A stretch of 33,248 bases of DNA from Chloroflexota bacterium (GCA_043754535.1 JAYUUN010000081.1:1-33248); one strand, 5' to 3'. Counted from the stretch's first letter, positions 8,159-18,645 are shown. A program made the numbers and translations. Notes: generated from the letters alone by a model not told the origin.

Positions 8159-10678
8159 TCACCGCCCACTCAGCTTCGCCACCGTTACCCCATCACCACC
8201 CGCCTGCTGCGCAGCAGAACCGTAGCTCTCGACCAGCGAACTCTTTGCCAGCAAGTCGCGTACTACCTGCCGCAGTACACCCGTCCCCTTGCCGTGGATG
8301 ATCCGCACGTAAGGCAGACCCGCCATGCTAGCATCGTTGAGGTACCGATCCAGAGCAGGTTCGACCTCCTCGGCCCGCCAACCTCGCATATCATACTCAA
8401 GGCCGGGGCTGGCCGCTACCCCCATCGGAGCAGCAATATTGAGGGTGACACTACCCTGTTGCCGCCCACCGATCCGCCGCAACTCCTTGACCGGCACTCG
8501 CATCTTGAAGGCACCAAGGGCTACCTCTACCTCACCGTCCACCCCAGGCGCACTGACCACCTCGCCCTCGCTTGCCAGCGATTCGACGAAGACGCGATCC
8601 CCTGGCTGCAAGGGGCGGGGTGCCTGCTCCTTCGCTGCGGGCTGGGTGGGGGTAGCCACAGGGCCAGTCTGCCGCGCCTGCCGCTGAGGGGCCTCGGCGG
8701 GGATTACGCCGGTCTCGCTGGTCGCCAGCATTTGCGCCACGCTGGTTGCCTGGCCGCCCTCTACCCCGCGTGCCTGGCGCACCTGCCGCTGCGTCTCCTC
8801 AAGCTGCCGCTGCGAGTCGGCTAGAGCCTGCCGACTGGTGGCCTGCTCTAGCGTGCTGCTAGCCTCGCGCAACCGCCTGCGCGCCTCCTTCAACTCCTCC
8901 TCGGCCTGCTCCCGTGCCTCCTCCACCGCCTTCTCACGCAGCCGCTCAATATTGCGAAGCTGGGCGCGCAGGTCGCGCTGCAACTGGGCAACATCGCGGC
9001 TCTTTTGTTGAGCGTCCAGGCGGGCGTGGGTGGCCTGCTCCCGCTCGATGCGGATGCCCGCCAGCAGCGACTCGACCTCGGCGGCCTGGGGGCTGACTAG
9101 CTCTTGCGCCCCCTCAATGATGTTGCCTGGTAGACCCAGACGGCGGGCAATTGCCAGCGCGTTGCTGCGACCCGGCAAGCCGATGGTCAGACGATAGGTG
9201 GGCGATAGGGTCTCCACATTAAACTCAACCGAAGCATTCTCTACCCCTGGTGTGCTGTAGGCATAGCTTTTCAGTTCCGAGTAGTGGGTAGTAGCTACCA
9301 ACAGGATGTTACGGCTCATCATGTCGTTAATGATGCCACGGGCTAGAGCCGAGCCTTCTAGCGGGTCGGTGCCAGCTCCCAGTTCGTCCAGCAGGATTAG
9401 CGCACCGGTGCGGGCCTCGCGTAGGATCGCCACAATGTTGGTCAGGTGCGAACTGAAGGTAGAAAGTGACTGCTCAATGCTTTGCTCATCGCCAATATCG
9501 GCAAAAATCTGATCGAAGATCAGGGCAGTGCTACCTTGATCAACAGGGATATGCAGACCTGCTTGGACCATCAGGCTGAGGAGACCGACCGTTTTGAGGC
9601 TGACTGTCTTGCCACCAGTGTTTGGCCCAGTGATCACCAGGGCGCGGAAGCTGTTGCCAAGCTCGATTGTGATCGGCACTACTTTGCCAGGGATCAGTGG
9701 GTGGCGTGCATTCTTGAAGTGCAACCCCGGTGTAGCAGTAAAGTCGCGTGGGGTCTTGCCCACCGCCGCCGCCTGCTGCACTAGCAAGAGGGCAGGTTCG
9801 CTGGCGAGGCTGTCTACACTGTACTTTGCCTTCGCCAAAGCGAGGTCGATCTCAGCCAGAGCCTCAACCGCCTGCCGAATCTCGTTGCCGTAGCCACCAA
9901 TTTGAGCCGCCAGGGCGCGCAGTACCCGCTCGATCTCATCCTGCTCCTCAAGCTGCAATTGCCGCCAGGTGTTGTTCAGCTCTACCGTCGCCAGTGGCTC
10001 CATGAACACGGTCGCCCCACTACCAGATTGGTCGTGGATTATGCCACGTACCTGACCTTTGAAGTCGCTCTTGACTGGGAAAACGTAGCGGTTGTTGCGC
10101 GTGGTGATAATCGGTTCCTGCAACACCCTGCTCCACTGCTCAGAATAGAGCAAGGTATTGAGGCGGTCAATCAGCCTACCATGCGCTTCTTTGATACCGC
10201 TACGGATGCTTGCCAGCTTCGGGCTGGCAGTATCCAGTACTTCACCACTGGGCGAGATAGTACGATTGATCGCCTGCTCAAGCATCGGCAAGTTAGCCAG
10301 TCGTCGCGCAACCTGAGCGACAGCTGCTAGTTCGTCCTCGCGGCCCTCGCTCAAGCGCAGCAGGCTGACGCGCAGGGTGCGGCTGCTGACCAGGGTAGAC
10401 TCGATGTCCAACAGTTGAGCGGGCTGGATCGCGCCACCAATCTCCCCCTGGCGGATCAGGTCGCGGATGTCGTGGGCCGCCCCCACCGTCGTGTCGGGTC
10501 GCAGTTGCAGCACGCGCACCCCCTCGCTGGTAATCTGCTGGCGAGCGCGCACCACTTCAAGGTCGCTACTTGGCTCAAGGGCAAGAGCCAGTTCGCGGCT
10601 AGCGGAGAACGCAGTGTAGGCGGCCAGCTTCTGCAACACTTTGGGATATTCGAGGGTGACAAGCGTCTTCGGGTTCAA
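8159..10678 (-). CDS. mutS2: endonuclease MutS2 (Smr domain)
   Basis: HDQSGSGATVFMEP, ITGPNTGGKT, DIGDEQSIEQSLSTFS, LLDELGAGTDP, TTHYSELK, Smr IIHGKGTG. Likely start is TTG 10678 after GGAGG (track starts at 10714). Confidence 0.97.
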   Translation of the reverse strand: MNPKTLVTLEYPKVLQKLAAYTAFSASRELALALEPSSDLEVVRARQQITSEGVRVLQLRPDTTVGAAHDIRDLIRQGEIGGAIQPAQLLDIESTLVSSRTLRVSLLRLSEGREDELAAVAQVARRLANLPMLEQAINRTISPSGEVLDTASPKLASIRSGIKEAHGRLIDRLNTLLYSEQWSRVLQEPIITTRNNRYVFPVKSDFKGQVRGIIHDQSGSGATVFMEPLATVELNNTWRQLQLEEQDEIERVLRALAAQIGGYGNEIRQAVEALAEIDLALAKAKYSVDSLASEPALLLVQQAAAVGKTPRDFTATPGLHFKNARHPLIPGKVVPITIELGNSFRALVITGPNTGGKTVSLKTVGLLSLMVQAGLHIPVDQGSTALIFDQIFADIGDEQSIEQSLSTFSSHLTNIVAILREARTGALILLDELGAGTDPLEGSALARGIINDMMSRNILLVATTHYSELKSYAYSTPGVENASVEFNVETLSPTYRLTIGLPGRSNALAIARRLGLPGNIIEGAQELVSPQAAEVESLLAGIRIEREQATHARLDAQQKSRDVAQLQRDLRAQLRNIERLREKAVEEAREQAEEELKEARRRLREASSTLEQATSRQALADSQRQLEETQRQVRQARGVEGGQATSVAQMLATSETGVIPAEAPQRQARQTGPVATPTQPAAKEQAPRPLQPGDRVFVESLASEGEVVSAPGVDGEVEVALGAFKMRVPVKELRRIGGRQQGSVTLNIAAPMGVAASPGLEYDMRGWRAEEVEPALDRYLNDASMAGLPYVRIIHGKGTGVLRQVVRDLLAKSSLVESYGSAAQQAGGDGVTVAKLSGR

Positions 10679-10741
10679 GGTCTGGTTCCTCCAGGTAGCT
10701 AGCATGGTTGCCACCTGCTCACCCCTGGTGAAGCAGGCTGA

Positions 10742-11305
10742 TTAGTGGAAGATAAACAGGTTTTGCGAGTTGGGGATGGGGGAAAGTAGGAGCTGCACCA
10801 CACCAGTCAGGTTGTAAAGCAGATTGACCGTGATCGAGTTCTCAGCGTTATTGAACAGAAAGCCAAACAGCGGCAGGCCGCTCAACGCACTGGAGCCAGC
10901 GTTGTTAACCAGAGACTTGATCAGGGTGGAGAGCATGATGAGGACAAGCAGGCCAAACACCGCCCCTAGCACCATCCCCCCCACCTGGTCGAGGGCTAGC
11001 AAAGCCTTCGGCAAGCTGGAGACGCGCACGGAGGAGAACAGGGCAGCTATGATTAGCAGACTGAGGGTGAGCAGCACCAGGAAGAACATCAGGATTTGGT
11101 AACCACCACTGCCCACCCGCTCCACCTTCAGCAGATTACCTGCCCAGCGAGCAAAGGGATCACTGACAACCGCGCTGATTAGCAGGGCGAGATAAAAGCC
11201 GATCACCCCAATCCCCATCTTGACCAAACCTTGAGCGAAGCCAAAGGCCAGGAAGCCAAAACCGAGGAGCAGCAGTACAATGTCGAAGATCGTAAAACTC
11301 ATCAA
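10742..11305 (-). CDS. cvpA: CvpA (colicin V production) family membrane protein
   Basis: FDIVLLLL...GFAQGLV and LDQVGGMVLGAVFG motifs. Lies directly upstream of mutS2, a common arrangement. Confidence 0.85.
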   Translation of the reverse strand: MMSFTIFDIVLLLLGFGFLAFGFAQGLVKMGIGVIGFYLALLISAVVSDPFARWAGNLLKVERVGSGGYQILMFFLVLLTLSLLIIAALFSSVRVSSLPKALLALDQVGGMVLGAVFGLLVLIMLSTLIKSLVNNAGSSALSGLPLFGFLFNNAENSITVNLLYNLTGVVQLLLSPIPNSQNLFIFH

Positions 11306-11343
11306 GGTACTCCTTGTCTGGGGTGGCTAGAATGCACCCCCTA

Positions 11344-11372
11344 ATTGTAGTAGGCAATGGCGATGAGTGCAA
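11344..11372 (-). promoter_or_regulatory. putative promoter of cvpA-mutS2
   Basis: Minus strand TTGCAC (11372-11367), 17 bp spacer, TACAAT (11349-11344). Confidence 0.55.
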
Positions 11373-11749
11373 GGCTGGAAGGCGACTAAAGCTGCGGCTG
11401 AGGATGTATCTTCCACCCCAACCAGCCCCGTTGGCGGCCAGTTTCACGCCCAGCATAGCACAGGCCCAGTTCCAGTGTCAATCTGGCTCGATCCAGGTTG
11501 GCTGTTCAGGCAGCCAGGGAACTTGCGCGAGCCGATTGGCGGCTCAATCGCGGACGAGTGCGTAGCGTAGGCTGGGGCAGGCCGCTCCAAACGTGCTGAT
11601 CCAGGCTGCTCACCATACCATTTTGCCAGCAGATCGTCCTGACCCTGAATAGCTAGCCAATTCGGTAGGGAAACAGAACAAATGCACCAGGGCCTTTTCA
11701 TGGAGCCCGCAGTTTTGTTGAACAAGCCTCCGCTGGGGTTCAACCATCT

Positions 11750-12552
11750 TTCGCGATCACCCAGCCTTCGAGCAGGTGCTAGCCGACTGGTGCCAAGCTG
11801 GCTTGCTGCCTGGCGGAGGCATTGCGTTGGATGGTGAGGAGCTACAGGGCAGCAGCCCACCCCATGTCGGACGCACCTACTTGTTGGCTGCTTACGCCTA
11901 CCAAAGCGGCTATGTTCTGGGTCAACTGGCGATTGGCAGCCGCGAGAACGAGAGCAGTACCGCACCCCCATTGCTGGCCTGGCTCAACTTGCAGGGCCAG
12001 GTTGTCACAGGCGATACCATGTTTACCCAAGTTAAGCTCTGCGCCCAGATTGTGGCCCAGGGTGGCGGCTACCTGTTTGTGGTCAAAGACAACCAACCTT
12101 GGCAAGCGACATCCAGAGGAAGTCCGCACGCTGCCCACCAGCCACGACCTGAACGATTATCTGGACTGGCCGTATGTGGGGCGGCTATGGTCGAGCGTGA
12201 GTGGTGGGACAGGCGAGGTCGCAGCCACTACCAGGGAGGTTACTTGATCACCAGTCTAGCCTCGGCCAGCGCAGCCAAGCTGTTGGCCTACAAACGCGGC
12301 CACTGGCAGATCGAGGATGTACTGCACTATGTGCGCGCCGCAACGATGGGTGAAGACCACAGCCAAGCACGCAAGGGCAGGCCAGCGGTAGTGGCAGCGA
12401 TGCGAAACACCACTATCGGCTTGCTGCGGCGGACAGGGGAGACCAACATCGTGGCGGCTCTGCGGCGCAACCTGATACACCCGCAACGGGCCTTCGCCTT
12501 GGTTGGGGTTCAGGTTCTACGAAAAGGCCTAACCGAGCATCTCCAGCATTGA
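11750..12552 (+). mobile_element. ISAs1-family transposase remnant (5'-truncated, frameshifted)
   Basis: IALDG..LQGS, VLGQ.....NE, VTGDTMFTQ...IVAQGGGYLFVVKDNQP, RGHWQIE..LHYVR..TMGED, RNTTIGLLR. The LDWPYVG segment lies in another frame near 12100-12190. Confidence 0.85.
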
Positions 12553-12589
12553 CAAACGAAAGGCCCCGCTCCTGGTTGGGGAGCGGGGC
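12552..12589 (-). terminator. intrinsic terminator after the ABC ATPase gene
   Basis: GCCCCGCTCC (12563-12572) / GGAGCGGGGC (12580-12589) stem, followed on the minus strand by CTTTCGTTTG. Confidence 0.75.
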
Positions 12590-12603
12590 ATACGGATAAG
12601 GGG

Positions 12604-13827
12604 TTACTTGCTCGCGCCGCCCGCGATAGTCGCTGCCTGCATGATGCCGGGGGCAACCTGGGCAACGGTTTCTTCCTTCGCCTTGAGTGCGTCACCACGC
12701 AGCAGGCTCAGTTCAGTCTGTGGGTCGAAGGCGTGCATATTGTCCATGTTGAAGTAGAGGTCAAGGCGGTCACCAGGGTGGGCTACCGTGCGGTTGTCGA
12801 GGCGAGCGACGAGGCTCTGGTCGCCAGTGTTGGCGTAGATGTAGACCTCATTGCCCATCGGCTCTACCACGTCGATAGTGGCGGTCATGGTGCGGCCTTC
12901 GCTCTTAGTGCTTTCGCTATTGCTGCCAAAGCGGTCGCCAGTGAAGACAGCGTTGGCGATGTCCTCTGGGCGCACGCCGAGGGTGATCTGCTTGCCGTTG
13001 TAGGGGGCTATCGCGCTGGCGTACTTGCGCGGCACCATCAGGCGCATATTCATCGCGGTCATGTAGACACTGTCGCCGCTGCCCTCAACCGTGACATTGA
13101 GGAAGTTCATGGAGGGGCTGCCGATGAAGCCAGCGACAAACTTGTTGTCGGGCAGGTTGTAGAGCCGCTGGGGGGTGTCAAGCTGCTGCAACAGGCCGTC
13201 ACGCATTACTGCAATGCGGTCGCCCATCGTCATCGCCTCTACCTGGTCGTGGGTGACGTAGATGGTGGTGGTTTGCAGGCGTTGGTGCAGGCGGCTGATC
13301 TCGGCGCGGGTCTGCACCCGCAACTTGGCATCGAGGTTGGAGAGTGGCTCGTCCATAAGGAACACCTGCGGCTCACGCACGATGGCGCGACCAAGGGCGA
13401 CGCGCTGCCGCTGGCCGCCGGAGAGTTCGCGGGGCTTGCGGGCGAGGTAGGGGTTGAGGCCCAGCATATTGGAGGCCTCCTTCACCCGCCGCTCGATCTC
13501 AGGCTTGACCACTTTGCGGAGCTTGAGGCCAAAAGCCATGTTGTCGTAGACGGTCATGTGCGGGTAGAGGGCATAGCTCTGGAAGACCATAGCGATGTCG
13601 CGGTCTTTGGGGGCTACGTCGTTGACTACCCGCTCACCGATGCGCAGGATGCCCTTGCTGATCTCCTCCAGTCCAGCGACCATGCGCAGAGCAGTGGTCT
13701 TGCCGCAGCCAGAAGGACCGACCAGGACGAGAAACTCCTTGTCGCGGATTTCGATGTTGAGGTCGTTGACAGCGGTTACTTTGTTGTTGTAAATCTTAAA
13801 CACGTGTTCGAGGTTGACACTAGCCAT
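12604..13827 (-). CDS. carbohydrate ABC transporter ATP-binding protein (MalK/MsmX/UgpC family), stand-alone
   Basis: GPSGCGKT, VFQSYALYPHM, LSGGQRQRVA, DEPLSNLDAKLR, YVTHDQVEAMT, C-terminal TOBE region. Confidence 0.95.
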   Translation of the reverse strand: MASVNLEHVFKIYNNKVTAVNDLNIEIRDKEFLVLVGPSGCGKTTALRMVAGLEEISKGILRIGERVVNDVAPKDRDIAMVFQSYALYPHMTVYDNMAFGLKLRKVVKPEIERRVKEASNMLGLNPYLARKPRELSGGQRQRVALGRAIVREPQVFLMDEPLSNLDAKLRVQTRAEISRLHQRLQTTTIYVTHDQVEAMTMGDRIAVMRDGLLQQLDTPQRLYNLPDNKFVAGFIGSPSMNFLNVTVEGSGDSVYMTAMNMRLMVPRKYASAIAPYNGKQITLGVRPEDIANAVFTGDRFGSNSESTKSEGRTMTATIDVVEPMGNEVYIYANTGDQSLVARLDNRTVAHPGDRLDLYFNMDNMHAFDPQTELSLLRGDALKAKEETVAQVAPGIMQAATIAGGASK

Positions 13828-13984
13828 CTGCGATACACCTTTCTGTGGTGCGAGGAAGCACCCTTGCTTCAGCCATGTGAGGTTGCAACAGAACTATCAG
13901 GTCACACGCCCCAACATTGAGGGCGGTGGGCATTGCCAAAACCTCTCCAACCAGCACATGGCGGTTAAAACTATCGGTGGATCA

Positions 13985-14013
13985 ATCATATTACAAGCGG
14001 GCTGCTTTGTCAA
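13985..14013 (-). promoter_or_regulatory. sigma70-type promoter of the sugar ABC ATPase
   Basis: Minus strand TTGACA (14013-14008), 17 bp spacer, TATGAT (13990-13985). Confidence 0.7.
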
Positions 14014-14225
14014 GTGGCTGCTCTGAGGTCATGCCACACTGCACCACGGGTCGTGGCAGCAGGCATGAGCTTGCTCTTGGGAAGGCAGTGGGCTAGCGAA
14101 TAAACCTCGCTAAGCGTGAGCAGTTGCGCACGAGGTTGATCTGCTAGCCCCAGCCGCTTATAATGAGCCGCAGTGCGTTGGCAACAGCGCAGCAAACCGC
14201 CGATCAGCGACTACTGTTATAAACC

Positions 14226-17200
14226 ATGATTGTGACCACCCACACTATGAGCAGCGAACAATCTCTCCCTCAGGCCGCCACCAGCGGGCGGCAAGCAGCA
14301 GTCGGCATTGTACTAGCGGGGCTGCTAGCTGCCTGGCTTGTCTTTGTCTTTGTCGCCTTCGACCAGGAGTTCGCGGCAGGCAAGGGGCAGGCTCCAGAGT
14401 ATTTCGCCCAACTGCGCTACATGAGCAGTTCGCCCTTCAGTGGCTTGCTGAACACTGCGCCCTGGCTGCGGCAGAGTGGTACTGCCAGCCTCGCCAGTTG
14501 GACGCTGACCACGGAAAGGTGGGGTTCCCTCGGCTATATCTTCCAGCTACCAACCGTGGGTGGGCTACTGCGGGCAGCAGGCCACCTGCTGGCGGGCGGC
14601 GGGCTGTTGTTGCTCACCCTCGCGCTCGGTCTCTGGCTGGCGCGGTTGCTGCGCCTACAACTGGATGACCCACCACTAATCCTGCTGCCATTGCTGGCGG
14701 GACTGGGCTACTGCGGCGTGTACACCGTCTACACCCTGCTCACACTCGGCCACCTGCTCTACCCCTGGATTACTTATAGCCTCACAGGGCTGCTGCTGGC
14801 GGGCGCGCTGCTAACGCTGGCAAGGGAGCGGAGTAGAGTGCGGGCCTGGTGGCGCACTCATCTCCCCCATCACCACCACCCCAGGGAGCGGTGGCGGGGA
14901 TTGGACTGGTTCCTGCTGGGCGTACTGCTAGTCACGGCCCTGCTCAACCTGGCGACGGCGTTGGCTCCGCCAGTGCTGAACGACGCACTGCTCTATCATC
15001 TCGCCCTGCCAAAGGTCTATCTGCAACACAACGGCTTCGTGCCAGTCTACAATACCTTCTTCATCCTGATGGCCGAGGGCATGGAGATGCTCTATGCCTG
15101 GCCGATGAGCCTGTTTGGGGCGCAGAACATCAGTGGCGGGATCACCAGCAGCCTGCTACACTTTAGTATTGGCATCCTGACCACCGTATTTAGCTACGGC
15201 GTGGCCCGTCGCTTTGGCCTCAGTCGCACTGCCGGGCTGATCGTTGCCTGCTGCTTCTTGGTTACGCCACTGGTTGGTCGCGAGGTCGGCACTGCATACG
15301 TGGATGTTGGCACTGCCTACTTCAGTGTCCTCTGCCTCTGGACACTCTACCGCTACTGCACCGCCAGCCACTATTCAGGGCTAGCGATCCGCTGGCTGGT
15401 GGCGGCGGCTCTGTTTGCGGGTATGGCTAGCGAGGTGAAGCTCTTTGCGGTCACGCTGTTCCCAGTGATCGCGGTGGCAGTGCTGGGCAAGTGGTGGACG
15501 GTTAGCCGCCGGGAGGGTATTCGGCCAGCGCGGACGCTGCGGGGCTATCTAGCAGCCGGGCTGGTGGCAGCGGTGGTGGGCGGGCTGTTCGCTTCGCACT
15601 GGTATATCGTAAGCTGGATGGTGCTGGGCAATCCCATCTGGCCGGTCGCCAACCTCAAGCTGGGGGGCTGGTTCTGGAACGAGCAGGCGGAGGCTAGCTA
15701 TCAGCAGATCGTGCGCATCTTCTTCTACTCAAACGAAGGTGCGCCCTTCACCCTCGGCAACCTTGCCCGCTATGCCAGCTGGGACTTCTCACTAGCCAAT
15801 ACCTTGCCGATCCCGCGTGGGGGGCCGCTGTCGCCGCGCACAGTCCCACTGCTGACTGCATTGCTGCCCCTTGGCACTATCCCGCTCTGCACCTGGCTGG
15901 TGGGCAGATTGAGGGGGCGCAAGCTAGCGGCGGTGGCAGCCCCAAGCTACCAGGCACCAGCGATAGCCCCCATCCTTTGGGGCGTAGCCTACAGCGTGGC
16001 CTTCCTGGTCTTCTGGTTTGTAGTGCAGGGGCAGTTGCGCTATCTGCTGTTCAGCCTACCGCTGTTCGGGCTGCTGGCGGGCTGGAACTACGACTGGTTG
16101 CGACGGAGGTGGCCGCTGACTGCCTTGCCGCTCAACCTCTTTCTGGTGGCGGCAATCCTGGTCACCAGCCTGGCGAACCTGAGCTTCAACGCCCGCGCCT
16201 TCAGTTCTGTCTACGGTAGGGTTGACGATGCTAGCTATGTGCAGGATCGGGCGGCGATTCGCTGGGGCGAGCAGTGGCAGACAATGCGTTACCTCAATCG
16301 GGCGGCTACGCCCCAAGAGGCAGTGCTGTTCGTTGACCTGGTGCCACTCTACTACCTCGACCGCGACTTCGTGATTAGCGACCCTGGCCGCGATAACTTC
16401 CTGGCTTATGAGCAACTGAAGACCGCTGCCGACTTCAAGGCACGCCTGGATGCGGGCAACTTCCGCTACTTCAACCACAACCGCGAAGCCACCTCGCTGG
16501 CCCCGCTCGACCTCGGCGCAGAGTGGGCTGGGCGCACACAGTACACGCACCTGGAGTACGTGCAGGGTAGCTGGTACACCTACCGCAAGGATGCGGAGCC
16601 GACGGCGCAGGTGGACGCGAGCAAGATCATCAACCCCCCGATGGACGGCTCTCAGGGGAATATGTGTACCCTCGGCTATGATGGCGCAAACCCCCTAACC
16701 AGCCTGGGGGCGTGGGGCTGGGTGAGCCTCGACGGTCTGGATCGTCTCAGCAGCCAGCGGCTAGCAAGTTGCACCCTCTTGCTCGTCAATCGGCACTCGC
16801 GACCACTACCGCCGCTGACCGTCCAGGATGATGACGCAGTGCAGCCTACCGATCCCGCTACGCTGGCGGTCGCCCTCAGGCGGGAGGGGGGGAGCAGGCT
16901 AGAGACCGCCGATTATTCGGTCTACCCAGTTGATGGCAGGCGGGCTAACGTTCCCTCGAAGCTGCGCCAGATGCTGGGCCTAACCCAGGTGATCGACCTC
17001 AAGCCCTGGTCGGCGACGAACGGCACGGCGGCGATCAGCTTTGAGGTGCTGACTCGCAACCCCCTCGTTCCGCGCCCGCTGCTCGGTGCCAGCGTGCCGC
17101 TGACCACCAGCCTCGTGCCAGAGCCGTTCTTCCAGCCCGACGGCATCAGCCTCGCGCTGACTGGTACCCTGACCCCAACTGCCGCGCTGAAGACTGCCGC

Positions 17201-17594
17201 TCCGCTGAAGCTAGATATGCTTGCCAATGGCAATCCCATACTGCCAGCGATCAGCGCAACGGTGCAAAGTGCCGCTACGCCATTGGACGTGCGGGCGCAG
17301 CGGGCGATAGCCTTCCACCTACGCCTCAGCCTGGGCGCGCAAGTGGAGGTTTCAGCCAGTGTGGACGGCCAGTTCCGCATCCTGGAGGCTGCCTTCAACG
17401 GTACAGGCGATGGGGTGGACGACACGCTAATCTTGCCGATCCCCGCGGACGCAAAGCAGATCGGCCAGCTAACCTTTCGCATCAGCGCACCCCCTGGCGG
17501 CACTGCCAACCTGCGTGACTTCACCTTGCACTATGGCGGCGGCCAACCAGCCGCCAACTTCGCCCTGCTCGGACTGGACCTGCTGGCGAAGTGA
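14226..17594 (+). CDS. large polytopic membrane protein, GT-C fold glycosyltransferase-like, with long soluble C-terminal extension
   Basis: Many TM helices. PP..DAL.YHLALPK loop, AYVD, GNPIWP and LRYLL motifs typical of PMT/ArnT-like GT-C proteins. Start may be ATG 14247. Confidence 0.75.
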   Translation: MIVTTHTMSSEQSLPQAATSGRQAAVGIVLAGLLAAWLVFVFVAFDQEFAAGKGQAPEYFAQLRYMSSSPFSGLLNTAPWLRQSGTASLASWTLTTERWGSLGYIFQLPTVGGLLRAAGHLLAGGGLLLLTLALGLWLARLLRLQLDDPPLILLPLLAGLGYCGVYTVYTLLTLGHLLYPWITYSLTGLLLAGALLTLARERSRVRAWWRTHLPHHHHPRERWRGLDWFLLGVLLVTALLNLATALAPPVLNDALLYHLALPKVYLQHNGFVPVYNTFFILMAEGMEMLYAWPMSLFGAQNISGGITSSLLHFSIGILTTVFSYGVARRFGLSRTAGLIVACCFLVTPLVGREVGTAYVDVGTAYFSVLCLWTLYRYCTASHYSGLAIRWLVAAALFAGMASEVKLFAVTLFPVIAVAVLGKWWTVSRREGIRPARTLRGYLAAGLVAAVVGGLFASHWYIVSWMVLGNPIWPVANLKLGGWFWNEQAEASYQQIVRIFFYSNEGAPFTLGNLARYASWDFSLANTLPIPRGGPLSPRTVPLLTALLPLGTIPLCTWLVGRLRGRKLAAVAAPSYQAPAIAPILWGVAYSVAFLVFWFVVQGQLRYLLFSLPLFGLLAGWNYDWLRRRWPLTALPLNLFLVAAILVTSLANLSFNARAFSSVYGRVDDASYVQDRAAIRWGEQWQTMRYLNRAATPQEAVLFVDLVPLYYLDRDFVISDPGRDNFLAYEQLKTAADFKARLDAGNFRYFNHNREATSLAPLDLGAEWAGRTQYTHLEYVQGSWYTYRKDAEPTAQVDASKIINPPMDGSQGNMCTLGYDGANPLTSLGAWGWVSLDGLDRLSSQRLASCTLLLVNRHSRPLPPLTVQDDDAVQPTDPATLAVALRREGGSRLETADYSVYPVDGRRANVPSKLRQMLGLTQVIDLKPWSATNGTAAISFEVLTRNPLVPRPLLGASVPLTTSLVPEPFFQPDGISLALTGTLTPTAALKTAAPLKLDMLANGNPILPAISATVQSAATPLDVRAQRAIAFHLRLSLGAQVEVSASVDGQFRILEAAFNGTGDGVDDTLILPIPADAKQIGQLTFRISAPPGGTANLRDFTLHYGGGQPAANFALLGLDLLAK

Positions 17595-17607
17595 TGAGGA
17601 GATAAAG

Positions 17608-18564
17608 ATGACAGTAGAGACACAAGCCAGTGCGATCAAGGTGCTGTTTATGGGTACGCCTGCCTTCGCGGTGCCAAGCCTGCGGGCATTGGTGGCGGCG
17701 GGCTACAAGGTAGTGGCGGTCGTCACCCAGCCGGATCGCCCAGCAGGGCGGGGGGGAGCGTTGGCCCAACCGCCGATCAAGCTAGCCGCCCACGAACTGG
17801 GCCTGCCAGTGCTGCAACCGCCAAAGCTACGCTCGCCAGAGGTCGTCGCCGAACTGCAAACTCTCGGCTACGATCTGGCAGTGGTGGCTGCCTATGGCGA
17901 AATCCTGCGGCCCAACGTGCTGGCAATCCCGCCCCTTGCCAACCTCAATGTCCACGCCTCCCTGCTCCCTCGCCAGCGCGGAGCCGCCCCGATCAACGCG
18001 GCGATCCTTGCTGGCGACCAGCAGGCAGGGGTGACGATCATGCTGATGGATGCAGGGATGGACACTGGCCCAATGCTGGCCCAGCGGGCGATCCCTGTAG
18101 CAGCGGCGGAGACGACTGCCAGCCTGACGGTGAAGCTGGCCGACCTCGGCGCAGAGTTGCTGCTGGCGACCCTACCTGCTTACCTGGGTGGCACCCTCCA
18201 GCCCCAGGCGCAAGACAATGCGCTGGCTACTTACACCAGCCCACTGCAAAAGGATGACGGTAAGGTGGATTGGGCGCAGCCAGCCGCGCAGATCGAACGG
18301 ATGGTGCGCGCCTACGACCCCTGGCCTGCGGCCTTCACCCACTGGCAAGGCAAGCGGCTGAAGCTGGTCAGGGTGGCCGTGGCTGCGCCCGCTAGCGAGG
18401 AGGCAGTAGGCGCAGTCTATCGCCGCACAGATGGGCAGGTGGCAGTACGCTGTGGTACGGGCGACCTGTTGCTGCACGAGGTGCAGCTTGAGGGTAAGGG
18501 ATCGACAGCAATCAAGGCCTTCGTCAACGGCTACCAGGAGTTTGTAGGCAGCAAGCTGGGTTTA
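17608..18564 (+). CDS. fmt: methionyl-tRNA formyltransferase (ends at TTA 18562-18564 if UUA terminates; standard-code stop 18636)
   Basis: FMGTPAFAV, VVTQPDRPAGRG, NVHASLLP..RGAAPI, MDAGMDTG, VQLEGK, family-like end GSKLG. SD AGGAG before ATG 17608. Confidence 0.95.
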
Positions 18565-18583
18565 GCCACCTTTGTGCTGGCAA

Positions 18584-18618
18584 GCAGAAGGGAGATGCGT
18601 TGTGCATCTCCCCTCTGC
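18584..18618. terminator. hairpin between convergent fmt and STAS genes
   Basis: GCAGAAGGGAGATGC / GCATCTCCCCTCTGC, 15-bp stem with one mismatch and a 5-nt loop. Confidence 0.65.
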
Positions 18619-18645
18619 CAACCCACGTCGTCCTGACCGTGCTGG

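Noticed and set aside
7751..8824. Long antisense ORFs (7751-8824, 12733-13920, 22168-22971, 26508-27836)
   Set aside because: They lie opposite well-supported genes, have no motifs, and are expected in GC-rich DNA.
12157..12159. In-frame TTA within track ORF 11776-12552 as a counterexample
   Set aside because: It lies in the frameshifted part of the IS remnant. The homologous frame there reads GAT TAT (DY).
18558..18566. Random T-insertion errors as the cause of the three TTA sites
   Set aside because: Long genes here show no frameshifts, so three insertions all immediately before stops is unlikely, and errors would not explain the lack of internal TTA. Not excluded without reads.
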